A stretch of 64,000 bases of DNA. Origin: an uncultured Candidatus Saccharibacteria bacterium (GTDB lineage: Bacteria; Patescibacteriota; Minisyncoccia; Phycocordibacterales; UBA9973). This document shows positions 41,880 to 51,884 of this stretch, one piece after another. Below the pieces are notes generated by a model that did no database searches, was not told the origin of the DNA, and was given only the letters and a program-made list of their open reading frames with translations. Positions within the stretch are counted from its first letter, which is position 1, and each line of letters opens with the position of its first letter. The stretch covers positions 36,743 to 100,742 of the forward strand of contig CAZFSV010000002.1 of assembly GCA_964522195.1 (NCBI GenBank), read 5' to 3'. The position numbers and the translations under genes are program-made.

Positions 41880-44800
41880 ATGAAAAAATATTTATCAGGT
41901 TTTCTTGTTTTTAGTTTAGTTTTCGGAGCTCTAATTTTACCAATCAACCAAACAAATGCTGCTCCAGTAACAATTTTCTCAGAGAGTTTTGGTGATAATA
42001 ACTTAGGTAATGATATGGACCCAATATCATGGAATAGTTGGTCCGATGGAGGAAACAGTGGCGATGATGCAGAAATAAGAGTTGGTTCAAATGGTAATAA
42101 CAATGATTCTGTAAGTCCTAATGGTGGTAGATTTGCTATGGCATTAGGCCAAGATGGTTATTTTTGTAAAACTATAGATACTACAGGATATAATAATGTA
42201 AATCTTTCTTATTATTGGAGAGGTGATAGTAATGCGAATAATAATGATTTTGGATTAGTTCAAATTAAAGAAGCTGGTAATGGAATCTTTTGTAGTGATA
42301 ATTCAGGATGGACTACTTTAAAAAGTCATGCATTAGATATTGATAATAATTGGTCTACTCAATCTGCATTTACAGATAACATATTAAACAATAAAAATTT
42401 ATTACTTCGTTTTAAGGTTGATGCAAATCAAAATACTGAAGATTTTCGTGTTGATGGTATTTTGATAAGTGGAGATTTAATACCTGTTGCTCCAACTACA
42501 GCTAAAGTTACTATTGTAAAATACATCAATGGAGTACCAGCTACACCAGAAAATACTAATAATGCTTCTTTCCCTATGACTGCAACATGGAATGCTACTA
42601 ATATAGGTTCTGGCACAGGTAACTATAATCTAAGTTCTACTGGTTTCAATAACCCAAATCCATATCAAGCTACTACTGCAGATATGACTACAGGAGCTGA
42701 TTATAGTACTTATGAAAATACTGGAACTGCATGTGTCTCACCAATGATGTATGCTCTAACAGGCTATACAACAGGAGATACTTTAAATGATGCTACTTTG
42801 GCTGTTCCATCCCTAACCACTCCAAGTTTTACAAATCTACAAACTGATAAATTCGTAATCGTTTGGAATAAGACTTGTGTTGATTTACCTACTCACTTAA
42901 CTCCAGCTGACAATTCTGTTCGAACTACAGCTGAGCAAACTCTGATAGATTGGTCTGATGTTGTAAGTTGGGCAAGTCCTGTAACTTATATGTATCAATC
43001 AGCTCTTTCAATGGCTACAAATATGGATGGATCATTTACAAGTCCTGCATACACTTCAGGAGCTTTAACTAGTTCAGAAATACCAACTCCAGGTACTCCA
43101 GAAGGTATTTACTACTGGCATGTCAAAGCTACTGATTCTGCAAACAACACAAGTGGATGGACTATTCCTTGGAAAATAACTATCAATAATACAGGAAGTC
43201 TAACTGTAAATAAAAATGTTCTAAAACCAGACGGTGTTACCGAAGTATCAGATAATCAATCTTTCTCTGTAATGCTAAACGGTGGAAATACTCAAAACGT
43301 AAGTGAAAATATTTCATATACTTATACAAATTTAACTCCAGGAACTTACACAGTTACAGAAGGAGTAAATGGTAATTATGAATTTGTTTCTTTCTCTAAT
43401 GACTCTGACTCTGAAACAGCAGGCGCTCAAGTAGAAGTAGTTGCAAATCAAAATACAGTTGTAACAATAACTAACAAACAAAAAAAAGGAACTCTTACAA
43501 TAAATAAAATCGTTACAAATCCTAACGATGGAGAAGCTATCGCTACAGATTTCTCTTTCCAAGTTAACGGAGGCGAAGCTATTGCTTTTACAGATAGTGA
43601 TGACGAAAATAATTTAACAGGTCAAAATATTATTTCTGTAGATCCTGGAACTTATACAATTACAGAAGTTATCCCAGAAGGAGCTTATGCTATATCATAT
43701 AGTGCTAACTGTACTAATGCAGTATTAACAAGCAACAGTAACATAGTTTGTACAATCACAAATAGTGATATTCCTGCAGGTAAAGGTGCTATAACTGTAG
43801 TTAAAAATTTACCTAATGATAACGGAGGAGATTTCGTATTAAGTGATTTTCCTCTTAATGTATCAGGTACAACAACAGAAGAAACACCTATGTCTGTAAG
43901 TGAATCAGTAGCTAGTGGTATTTCTGAATTTTTTACACCAGGAACTTATGTTGTTTCCGAAGATAATCCTAATGAATTAAGTGGTTATACAACAACTATC
44001 AGTTGTACAGATGGAGAAAATACACTAACAAATGGTAATATTACAGTTTCAGATCAACAAGCTTGGGTTTGTACTATTACTAATGATGACGAACCTGCAA
44101 AATTAACTATAATAAAAAAAGTGGTTAATAATGCTTGGATGGGTACTTTAGAAGAAACTTTCAATTTTAACTTAATAGGAGAAGACACTGAAGAAGAGAT
44201 TGCAATCACAACAGAAGCTCCTGAAATGATGGAAGAAGAATCAAAAATCTACGAACAAGATTATCAAGCTATGGGTGAATCAGAAGTTATTACTTTGAAT
44301 TCCGGAAGTTATACTTTAACTGAAGATTTATTACCTGAATGGAATTTAACAGATATTTCTTGTTCTGTTAAAACAGAAGAAACAGAAAATGGTGTATATC
44401 TTTCATTGCAAAATGGTGAAGATGTTACTTGTACTTTTGTAAATACTCGTAAAACAGGAACTTTGGTAATAGAAAAAATTGTAGTAAATGATGACGGTAA
44501 AGAACTTACTGTTTCTGATTTCGCAGGATTTACTATAAACAATAGTGAACCAATTCCTTTTGAATCAGATGAAGACGAAATGTCAGGAGGTAAGACTGTT
44601 ATTTTAGAATTAGGTACTTATCAAATTTCTGAACCAGTAACAGAAGGATATTACAAAGTAACTGAAAATTGTGAAGCTGTAAACATAACAGAAGGTACAA
44701 TAAAAACTTGTAAATTTAGAAATGATGATGTTGGATTCTTTGTTCACTCAGGTGGATCTGGATCTAGTGGTGGTCAAGTTTTAGGAGCTTCTACAGAAAC

Positions 44801-45176
44801 ACCAGCCCCATCACCAACAACTCCTACAGAAACTCCAAAAGGTGAGGTTTTAGGAGCAACTTCATGTAGTACAATTTACTTAAACGACTTCCTGTACTTT
44901 GGAAAGAAAAATAATCCTGAACAAGTTAAGTTGTTACAAACTTTCTTGAATGAAGAATTAGGATTAAAATTAGTAGTGGATGGAAAATTTGGTAGAACTA
45001 CAAGAAATGCAGTTATAGCTTTCCAAGAAAAATACGGAACTGATGTCTTAACTCCTTGGGCTCCGTTTGGACTAAAGAGTGGAAAGGGAACAGGTAACGT
45101 TTACAAGACTACAAAATGGAAAATCAACATGATTAAATGTGCTGATTTGAAATTAGAAGTTCCTCAACTTCCATAA
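41880..45176 (+). CDS. Large secreted surface protein: N-terminal lectin/galactose-binding-like domain, five prealbumin-fold (SpaA/Cna-B-like) repeats, C-terminal peptidoglycan-binding (PG_binding_1) domain
   Basis: Signal peptide. Repeats carry the ...GTYT(V/I)TE... pattern about every 110-120 aa. C-terminal LLQTFLNEELGLKLVVDGKFGRTTRNAVIAFQEKYG is PG_binding_1-like. Confidence 0.65.
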   Translation: MKKYLSGFLVFSLVFGALILPINQTNAAPVTIFSESFGDNNLGNDMDPISWNSWSDGGNSGDDAEIRVGSNGNNNDSVSPNGGRFAMALGQDGYFCKTIDTTGYNNVNLSYYWRGDSNANNNDFGLVQIKEAGNGIFCSDNSGWTTLKSHALDIDNNWSTQSAFTDNILNNKNLLLRFKVDANQNTEDFRVDGILISGDLIPVAPTTAKVTIVKYINGVPATPENTNNASFPMTATWNATNIGSGTGNYNLSSTGFNNPNPYQATTADMTTGADYSTYENTGTACVSPMMYALTGYTTGDTLNDATLAVPSLTTPSFTNLQTDKFVIVWNKTCVDLPTHLTPADNSVRTTAEQTLIDWSDVVSWASPVTYMYQSALSMATNMDGSFTSPAYTSGALTSSEIPTPGTPEGIYYWHVKATDSANNTSGWTIPWKITINNTGSLTVNKNVLKPDGVTEVSDNQSFSVMLNGGNTQNVSENISYTYTNLTPGTYTVTEGVNGNYEFVSFSNDSDSETAGAQVEVVANQNTVVTITNKQKKGTLTINKIVTNPNDGEAIATDFSFQVNGGEAIAFTDSDDENNLTGQNIISVDPGTYTITEVIPEGAYAISYSANCTNAVLTSNSNIVCTITNSDIPAGKGAITVVKNLPNDNGGDFVLSDFPLNVSGTTTEETPMSVSESVASGISEFFTPGTYVVSEDNPNELSGYTTTISCTDGENTLTNGNITVSDQQAWVCTITNDDEPAKLTIIKKVVNNAWMGTLEETFNFNLIGEDTEEEIAITTEAPEMMEEESKIYEQDYQAMGESEVITLNSGSYTLTEDLLPEWNLTDISCSVKTEETENGVYLSLQNGEDVTCTFVNTRKTGTLVIEKIVVNDDGKELTVSDFAGFTINNSEPIPFESDEDEMSGGKTVILELGTYQISEPVTEGYYKVTENCEAVNITEGTIKTCKFRNDDVGFFVHSGGSGSSGGQVLGASTETPAPSPTTPTETPKGEVLGATSCSTIYLNDFLYFGKKNNPEQVKLLQTFLNEELGLKLVVDGKFGRTTRNAVIAFQEKYGTDVLTPWAPFGLKSGKGTGNVYKTTKWKINMIKCADLKLEVPQLP

Positions 45177-45202
45177 TAACTTTATAAAATAAAGCTAAAT
45201 TT

Positions 45203-45232
45203 AAAAACACGGCCTCTTGACCGTGTTTTTAA
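45203..45232 (+). terminator. Intrinsic terminator (aaacacgg-cctcttga-ccgtgttt plus T-run)
   Basis: GC stem followed by ttttaaatt. Confidence 0.6.
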
Positions 45233-45233
45233 A

Positions 45234-46385
45234 TTGTTATATAATGCTACTGTGAAGAAATTTTTAAATAATTTAAAAAATCATTTTGTGCCCCATGAAG
45301 GCAACAATCATCATCCTCACTTTTTTAAAGAGAAATCTATTCTTTCTTTATTGTCTCTAGTTATAGCAATTGAAATTTTATTTTTATTTCAAACTTTATT
45401 TATTTTAAATAGAACCAATTTCTTATCTGCCGTTTTACCTGGTGTTTTAACTTCTTTAACAAACGAACAAAGATTGCAAAATAATGCTCCAATTTTAACA
45501 GAGAACCAGCTTTTAGTTAATGCCGCTCAACTTAAAGCCAACGATATGGCAAGTCGTGGATATTTTTCTCATAATACTCCAGATGGTAAAACCCCATGGT
45601 ATTTTTTGGAACAAGCTGGTTATAAATACTCACAGGCTGGTGAGAATTTAGCTGTTAATTTTTTTGAATCTATCGATGTAGCAAACGCTTGGATGGCTTC
45701 ACCAACCCATAGAGCCAATATTGTTAAAAAGGAATACACTGAAATAGGCATTGCTGTCGCTTCAGGTGTCTACGAAGGTCGTAGTGCTGTTTTTGTGGTT
45801 CAATTTTTTGGTAAACCTCAAACTGTAGCAATAAATACAAATTCAAATCAAATTAACACTAATAAGAATATAGAAAATATTCAAACCCCTACAAATGTTT
45901 TAGGAGAAGATGTTTTGGTTAAAACAGAACCAATTAAAAAAACTACCCCGAAAACTGTAGTTAAAAAAGAAGAAACTAAAGAAGTCTTAAAAGTTCTGAA
46001 AGAAAATTCTCCTGTTGTTATTAATACAAGTGAAAATAAAGATATACAAAGAGCAATTGAATCAGAGCCAGTTTTGGCTGTTTTTAAAGATTTAAATAAA
46101 TTGCAAGATAATCAATTAATAACAAAGATAAAAAACAAATTAAATTTAGTATTAACTTCTCCTAATAAATTTACAAATAATATGTTTCTAATCATACTTT
46201 CTTTTATAAGCTTTGTTTTTATTATTTATTTAATAAAATCTCAAATCTCACATTCTTTTATTTTAACTAGAACTTTTGGTGTCTTAACAGTAGTATTTAT
46301 GTTAATGTTTTTAAATCTTACATTCTTTTATAAAGATACAAAAATATTAGAAACAGCAAGCTCTTTTACGTCAATTGCCTTATAA
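45234..46385 (+). CDS. CAP/SCP/PR-1 domain protein (YkwD-like) with N- and C-terminal TM anchors
   Basis: GENLA...W..SPTHRANIVKKEYTEIGIA CAP signature. Start codon is non-ATG (TTG/GTG) and uncertain. Confidence 0.65.
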   Translation: MLYNATVKKFLNNLKNHFVPHEGNNHHPHFFKEKSILSLLSLVIAIEILFLFQTLFILNRTNFLSAVLPGVLTSLTNEQRLQNNAPILTENQLLVNAAQLKANDMASRGYFSHNTPDGKTPWYFLEQAGYKYSQAGENLAVNFFESIDVANAWMASPTHRANIVKKEYTEIGIAVASGVYEGRSAVFVVQFFGKPQTVAINTNSNQINTNKNIENIQTPTNVLGEDVLVKTEPIKKTTPKTVVKKEETKEVLKVLKENSPVVINTSENKDIQRAIESEPVLAVFKDLNKLQDNQLITKIKNKLNLVLTSPNKFTNNMFLIILSFISFVFIIYLIKSQISHSFILTRTFGVLTVVFMLMFLNLTFFYKDTKILETASSFTSIAL

Positions 46386-46409
46386 TTTTTTCTTTTATAT
46401 AATTAGATA

Positions 46410-46625
46410 ATGCAAATATCAAAATTACTTTTATACACGGGAATTTGGACAATGATCTTGCCTTATTTAGGTATCCCTTCTTTTATTAAAAATATTTTAT
46501 TCGTTATTACTGGTTTTGTTTTAATCTATTTAAGTATCTTGCTTAGAAATATGAAGAAAAATGATAGCTTCAAAAAAGCTTTTGAAAATTTCTCAGAAAA
46601 TTTACATCTAATAAATAAAAGTTAA
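46410..46625 (+). CDS. Small two-TM membrane protein, hypothetical
   Basis: Hydrophobic 71-aa ORF immediately upstream of ctpA. Confidence 0.3.
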   Translation: MQISKLLLYTGIWTMILPYLGIPSFIKNILFVITGFVLIYLSILLRNMKKNDSFKKAFENFSENLHLINKS

Positions 46626-46626
46626 T

Positions 46627-47814
46627 ATGTTTAATTTTTTTCAATCTAAAGAAAATAGGAATTATATTTTAGTAGGTTTTTTAATATTTGCTATTGGGTT
46701 TTATGTTGGAGGATTAAAAAAAGAAAAAACTCCTGTTGTTTATACAGGTCAAGCTGATTTAACAGATTTTTGGCATGCTTGGAATATTATTGACGAGAAA
46801 TATCCAAATGCTAGCGAGACAGATAATCAAGAAAGGCTTTATGGTGCGATAAAAGGATTAGTAGGTTCTTTAAATGATCCATACAGTACTTTTTTTACCC
46901 CAGAAGAAACAAAAAGCTTTGAAGAAGATATTTCCGGTAATTTTAGTGGGGTTGGTATGGAAGTTGGCATGAAAGAAGGTGTTTTGACTGTAATTGCTCC
47001 TTTAAAAAATACTCCTGCTTATAAAGCTGGTATTAAATCTGGAGATAAGGTATTAAAAATTGACGAAACTTTAACCAATGATTTGTCTATAGAAGAAGCT
47101 ATCAAATTAATAAGAGGAGAGAAGGGAACTAATGTAAAACTTTCTATATACAGAGAAGGAGAAAATAAACCGAGAGAAATAACAATAACTAGAGATATTA
47201 TAAATGTACCTTCTTTAGAAACAGAACTTAGAAAAGATGGAATTTTTGTAGTCAGACTTTATAGTTTTGATGCAAATGCTACAAAGCTTTTCAGAAATGC
47301 AATGCGCGAATTTTCTAAAGCAAATTCAGATAAATTATTGTTAGACCTTAGAGGTAATCCAGGTGGATACTTAGAATCTGCTGTTGATATAGCTTCTTGG
47401 TTCTTACCTTCCGGAGAAATAGTATTAATAGAAGATTACGGTGGCAAAAAAGAGCAAGAAAAATTTGATAGTTATGGTTATGACATTTTCAATGAAAACT
47501 TAAAATTTGTTATTTTGATTGATGAAGGTTCAGCTTCAGCTTCAGAAATTCTAGCAGGATCTATGCAAGATTATAAAAAAGCTAAAATTATAGGCAAGCA
47601 AAGTTACGGCAAGGGATCAGTTCAAGAAGTTGTTGATATCACAAAAGACACTCGCTTAAAAATAACTGTAGCTAATTGGTTAACACCTAAAGGAAGTTCT
47701 ATTACAAATAAGGGAGTCACCCCTGATATCGTAGTAGACAGAGGAGAAGATGAAAATGATTTACAATTAGAGAAAGCAGTTTCAGAATTACTTAATTGGA
47801 ATAAAGATAATTAA
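46627..47814 (+). CDS. ctpA: Carboxyl-terminal processing protease (S41, PDZ-containing)
   Basis: LLLDLRGNPGGYL and catalytic Ser/Lys region, PDZ domain, N-terminal TM. Confidence 0.85.
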   Translation: MFNFFQSKENRNYILVGFLIFAIGFYVGGLKKEKTPVVYTGQADLTDFWHAWNIIDEKYPNASETDNQERLYGAIKGLVGSLNDPYSTFFTPEETKSFEEDISGNFSGVGMEVGMKEGVLTVIAPLKNTPAYKAGIKSGDKVLKIDETLTNDLSIEEAIKLIRGEKGTNVKLSIYREGENKPREITITRDIINVPSLETELRKDGIFVVRLYSFDANATKLFRNAMREFSKANSDKLLLDLRGNPGGYLESAVDIASWFLPSGEIVLIEDYGGKKEQEKFDSYGYDIFNENLKFVILIDEGSASASEILAGSMQDYKKAKIIGKQSYGKGSVQEVVDITKDTRLKITVANWLTPKGSSITNKGVTPDIVVDRGEDENDLQLEKAVSELLNWNKDN

Positions 47815-47845
47815 GTCGGTATTATAAATTTAATTTATTATTGAT

Positions 47846-48289
47846 ATGAAAGTTATATTCTTAAAAGATGTCCCTAGGGTTGGTAGAAAAAATGAAGTGA
47901 AAGAAGTAAATGACGGTTATGCTTTAAATTTTTTATTGCCTAATAAATTAGCTATAAAAGGTAGCCCTAAAGCTATTAAGCAACTAGAATTAAAACAAAA
48001 AGGTATTATAGTAGAAAAACAAGTTCAAAAAGATTTGCTTATTAAAAACCTTAAAGAATTAGAAGGTAAGATTATAATCTTTAAAGAAAAAGCAAACGAA
48101 AAAGGTCATCTATTTAAGTCAATTCATTCTAAAGAAATTGTTTCTGAATTAAAAAAACAACATCATATAGACATAGATGAATCTATAATTAAATTAGATA
48201 AACCAATTAAAGAAACAGGTAAAGTAGAAGTCCCAATAGAAATAAATGAAATCAAATCCTTCTTGTCTCTAGAAATACAAAATAACTAA
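47846..48289 (+). CDS. rplI: 50S ribosomal protein L9
   Basis: MKVIFLKDVPRVGRKNEVKEVNDGYALNFLLPNKLA signature. Confidence 0.9.
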   Translation: MKVIFLKDVPRVGRKNEVKEVNDGYALNFLLPNKLAIKGSPKAIKQLELKQKGIIVEKQVQKDLLIKNLKELEGKIIIFKEKANEKGHLFKSIHSKEIVSELKKQHHIDIDESIIKLDKPIKETGKVEVPIEINEIKSFLSLEIQNN

Positions 48290-48294
48290 CATAT

Positions 48295-48326
48295 AAAAAA
48301 CCTCCTTTTTACGGGAGGTTTTTTAT
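48295..48326. terminator. Bidirectional terminator between rplI and rpmA
   Basis: aaaaaacctcc-loop-ggaggtttttt with A and T tracts on both sides. Confidence 0.65.
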
Positions 48327-48331
48327 ATTAT

Positions 48332-48604
48332 TTAATTTACGTTTACAACTTTTTTAACAACAGTTTTGTTATTAAATGAAGTTTTTCTTTTTGATCCGAA
48401 TTTAACAACTCCTTCTTTTAAAGCAAATAATGTATGGTCTTTGCCTATACCTACGTTATTTCCAGCTAAGATTACAGTTCCTCTTTGGCGAACAATAATG
48501 TCTCCAGATTTTGCTCTTTGACCATCAGCAAGTTTAGTACCTAGGTACTTTGGATTCGAATCTCTTAAGTTTTTGGCGGTTCCGCCGGCTTTCCTATGTG
48601 CCAT
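48332..48604 (-). CDS. rpmA: 50S ribosomal protein L27
   Basis: [23 protein letters not shown]-terminal signature. Confidence 0.95.
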   Translation of the reverse strand: MAHRKAGGTAKNLRDSNPKYLGTKLADGQRAKSGDIIVRQRGTVILAGNNVGIGKDHTLFALKEGVVKFGSKRKTSFNNKTVVKKVVNVN

Positions 48605-48660
48605 ATTATTTTTTTAAATTTAATGTTAAAATTAATGTATAAATAACTATAAACCATTTT

Positions 48661-49041
48661 ATGGAAAAAATCAAGTATTTTTTAGAAAGTGAAAAAGGTA
48701 AAAATATATTAATAATTTTAGTTATTATTTTAGTTGGTTTAGGGTCTTTTGAGCTAGGTAGAATGTCCGTAAAAGAGGTTAAAAATGACTCAAATATAGG
48801 GTTTTCAAGTCAAGAAGCTAATGTTATTAAATCAACTCAAAACGAGCTTTTAGAGCAAAAATACGAGTTTAAAGGGGTAGATTTGAATGGTAAAGAGTAT
48901 TTTGCTTCAAAAAGAGGAAGTAAGTACTATCCATTTGGTTGTTCTGCTGGAAAAAGTATAAAAGAAGAAAATAGAATATATTTCTCTAATGAAGAAGAAG
49001 CAATAAAAGCCGGCTATTCTAAATCATCTTCTTGTAATTAA
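48661..49041 (+). CDS. Membrane-anchored protein with degenerate Ada-type zinc-binding-like C-terminal domain
   Basis: C-terminus YYPFGCSAGKSIKEENRIYFSNEEEAIKAGYSKSSSC follows the Ada_Zn_binding pattern (C...EN.v.F.s.eeA..aGyrpC) but retains only 2 of 4 Cys ligands. Confidence 0.35.
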   Translation: MEKIKYFLESEKGKNILIILVIILVGLGSFELGRMSVKEVKNDSNIGFSSQEANVIKSTQNELLEQKYEFKGVDLNGKEYFASKRGSKYYPFGCSAGKSIKEENRIYFSNEEEAIKAGYSKSSSCN

Positions 49042-49049
49042 TTAAACAA

Positions 49050-49084
49050 AAAACTACAAAGGGTTACCCTTTGTAGTTTTTTTA
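49050..49084. terminator. Bidirectional terminator (ctacaaagggt-t-accctttgtag)
   Basis: 11-bp stem flanked by aaaa and tttt, between convergent genes. Confidence 0.6.
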
Positions 49085-49094
49085 TAAAATAGAT

Positions 49095-50288
49095 TTAATG
49101 ACTGTGCTTATGATGTTTTAAATTTTCTTCTTCTTTTTTGAGGATTTCTTCGTTCACTTCTCGCTCATCTTTTTTCATTAAAAGTAGGGTAGCGATATAA
49201 GTAGTTATAGGTACTGCAAGGATCAAACTAATACTACCAACTAAAATACGAACTATTTCTGTGGCAAAAATTTCACGATTTAAAATTAATTCTATGTTTG
49301 TGGAATTTGAAAAAAGAAGCAAGAGTGGGAGAGAAGCACCAGCATAAGCAATAGCTAAAGTATCAACTAAAGCTCCTATATGTTCCCGACCCATACGCAT
49401 TGCCCTTTTAAAAATTTTCTTTCTTTTTATGTGTGGAGCTATATGATGCAACTCTTCAACAAAGATAGCTTGATTAATAGCTATATCATAAAGCACTCCT
49501 AAAAGACCTATCATAATTCCACCTATCAATATTCCAACTAAATCAATTTCTCCTGCAAAATTTCTATTCAAGAAGACAGCTTCTTCGTTATCGTAACCAG
49601 TAAATTTTCCATATTCAACCGAAAAATAAGCAAGTGTTCCAGTAAAAATAATAGTTGTAATCATTCCTAAAACTGCTGAAGTTGTAGTTTTGTTTACGCC
49701 ATGAGTAATATATGATCCAGCAATAATTATAAAAGAAGATACAATAATACTAATCAAAACAGGGGAATAGCCAGCTAAAATTCCAGGAAGGAGCGCATAT
49801 AAAATTAATATAAAACTTAGAGCAAGACTTATAAGTCCTCGCAAGCCTTGAACTCCACCTATTAGAACAGTCAACACTATGAAAATAAAAAGTAAAATAT
49901 AAATTATATTTAATCTGTACGGCTCCATCATCGCAAAAAATTCTTCTCCTTCGCGAGTTGTATGATTGAGGTAAAAAATATCTCCAACTTGAAGGGGAGT
50001 GAAATCATTGTTAAAGGTTACTACCCTGTCTTTATTATTTCCCTCTAGGATTATTGCTCTGATTTCTTGATTTTTATTTTCTATATTAAAAACTGGAATT
50101 ATATCTGATTCTTTAAAGTTCATATCTAGGACTTTTGCTTTTACAATTTCTTGAGTCTCCTCTATTGGGGTAGGTGAATCCTCTCTCTCATTTATTTGAG
50201 CGACAACCTTATTATTAGAAATAAAAAAAATACTTATTAAAAGTAGGGAAAGAGTAATTATATTTAATTTGTTTTTAAATTTAAACAT
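49095..50288 (-). CDS. YibE/F-family integral membrane protein
   Basis: N-terminal signal plus extracytoplasmic domain, followed by about 8 TM helices in a YibE/F-like arrangement. Confidence 0.45.
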   Translation of the reverse strand: MFKFKNKLNIITLSLLLISIFFISNNKVVAQINEREDSPTPIEETQEIVKAKVLDMNFKESDIIPVFNIENKNQEIRAIILEGNNKDRVVTFNNDFTPLQVGDIFYLNHTTREGEEFFAMMEPYRLNIIYILLFIFIVLTVLIGGVQGLRGLISLALSFILILYALLPGILAGYSPVLISIIVSSFIIIAGSYITHGVNKTTTSAVLGMITTIIFTGTLAYFSVEYGKFTGYDNEEAVFLNRNFAGEIDLVGILIGGIMIGLLGVLYDIAINQAIFVEELHHIAPHIKRKKIFKRAMRMGREHIGALVDTLAIAYAGASLPLLLLFSNSTNIELILNREIFATEIVRILVGSISLILAVPITTYIATLLLMKKDEREVNEEILKKEEENLKHHKHSH

Positions 50289-50573
50289 TATTTGAGTTTG
50301 TTATTTTTAAAGGTGATTTTATATTAACTATGTCGCACAATATATCTTTTGGTGAGATGGCTTATATTTATATATAATAAATAAAGCTTTAATAAACACT
50401 TATTAATAAATCTCTAAACCAATTATATACTCCTGTAAAAGTTACGCCCATATATCTCATTAATAATAATGCGCCAATAATTACAATTATTACGTAAACT
50501 AATCCTCCTTGTTTATTTTTAAAATTTCTCATTTTTCCAAATTTTTGATTATTTCTAATAAAATTATTATAAC

Positions 50574-51884
50574 TTAATTTTTATATTTTGGTAAATAATA
50601 CATCGGGTCCAAGTATGCATTCACTGGAGCAAATGGCTGAGTTAAAGTTTTACCTGCACATGCCCTACTTGGCTTAGTTTCAACTTTCGCAGCCTGACTA
50701 GCATAAATTGTTAGGTGCAAATGTGGACCTGTGGTATGTCCGGTATTACCACTATAAGCAATCAAATCTCCACGAGAAACTTTTTGACCTGGAGTAGCTT
50801 TAATCAAAGACAGATGACCATAAGTACTTGCAAGTCCATTGTTATGTTCGATAAAAACCCATTTTCCAAAAGATGCACCTCTGCAAGTCTCATCAGTATC
50901 TCCAACAGCCTTAACAACTCCTTCAGCTACAGAAAAAACTGGTGTTCCTACCGAAGCTCTAAAATCGACTCCAGAATGACTTCCCGAGGCATAAAGTCTC
51001 TTGGATGCACTGGTAACACCGAATAATTGAGTTATATAAACATTCTCAAGCGGCCAAGCTAAAACATTTGCTCCGGGTAAAGAATTTGGATCCAAGATAT
51101 ATTTCAGCTGAGACTCATACTCACGAAGTTCTTTCTCTAAAGCAATTTTTAAATTTTGCTTTTCTTTGAGAAGTTTTTGATAGTTAGATTCATTATTTTT
51201 AGTATCTTTTAATAATTTTTCCGTATCTTTTTTATTTTGTTCGATTAATTTTTTTTCATCAGCTAAATCTCTTTTTAACTTCTCTAAATTTTCTTTAACT
51301 TTAACTGTAGTATTTTGAGTATCTTCTAAATCTCCTTTTATCGTTTTCAAATTACCGACTTCTTCACGGATATTTTCACGAATTGTAATAATATTGTCTA
51401 AATCATTCCAAACTTCAGTTAAGCCATTTTTATTTAAAAGCAAAACAAAAAAATCAGTATTATCTAATTCATTCATAGATCTAAAACTTTTCTTTAAAGC
51501 GCTTGTATTAAGATCTATTTCTTGGTTTTTAACTCCAATCTCAGAAGATAATTCCTCTATTTTAGATTCAGCATTTTGTATTTGTTTTTGAGTTAAATTA
51601 ATATTTAAAGCTAGTTTTTTGCTGCTTAATTCAAGTTCTTTTATAGCTTTACTTAGAGAATTCTTTTGTTTACCTAAATTATTTATTTCAGATTGAAAAC
51701 TTTTAATTTGAGTTTCTATATTTGCAATGTCTAAATTCCTAGAATTTATTTCCGATTCTAAGCTTTCTTTGGTTTTAGTTTGAGCGGAAATATATGAAGT
51801 ATATAAAAAACTAAAGAACAATATAAATACAAGTAAGGCTAAACTAATCTTGTATTGCTTTTTGTAATCTAAAAATTGTCTCAT
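50574..51884 (-). CDS. Coiled-coil M23 family peptidase (EnvC/murein-hydrolase-like)
   Basis: Signal/TM, long coiled coil, C-terminal GSHSGVDF...GHLS...GNTGHTTGPHLH M23 motifs. Overlaps the gltX stop by about 40 nt. Confidence 0.8.
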   Translation of the reverse strand: MRQFLDYKKQYKISLALLVFILFFSFLYTSYISAQTKTKESLESEINSRNLDIANIETQIKSFQSEINNLGKQKNSLSKAIKELELSSKKLALNINLTQKQIQNAESKIEELSSEIGVKNQEIDLNTSALKKSFRSMNELDNTDFFVLLLNKNGLTEVWNDLDNIITIRENIREEVGNLKTIKGDLEDTQNTTVKVKENLEKLKRDLADEKKLIEQNKKDTEKLLKDTKNNESNYQKLLKEKQNLKIALEKELREYESQLKYILDPNSLPGANVLAWPLENVYITQLFGVTSASKRLYASGSHSGVDFRASVGTPVFSVAEGVVKAVGDTDETCRGASFGKWVFIEHNNGLASTYGHLSLIKATPGQKVSRGDLIAYSGNTGHTTGPHLHLTIYASQAAKVETKPSRACAGKTLTQPFAPVNAYLDPMYYLPKYKN

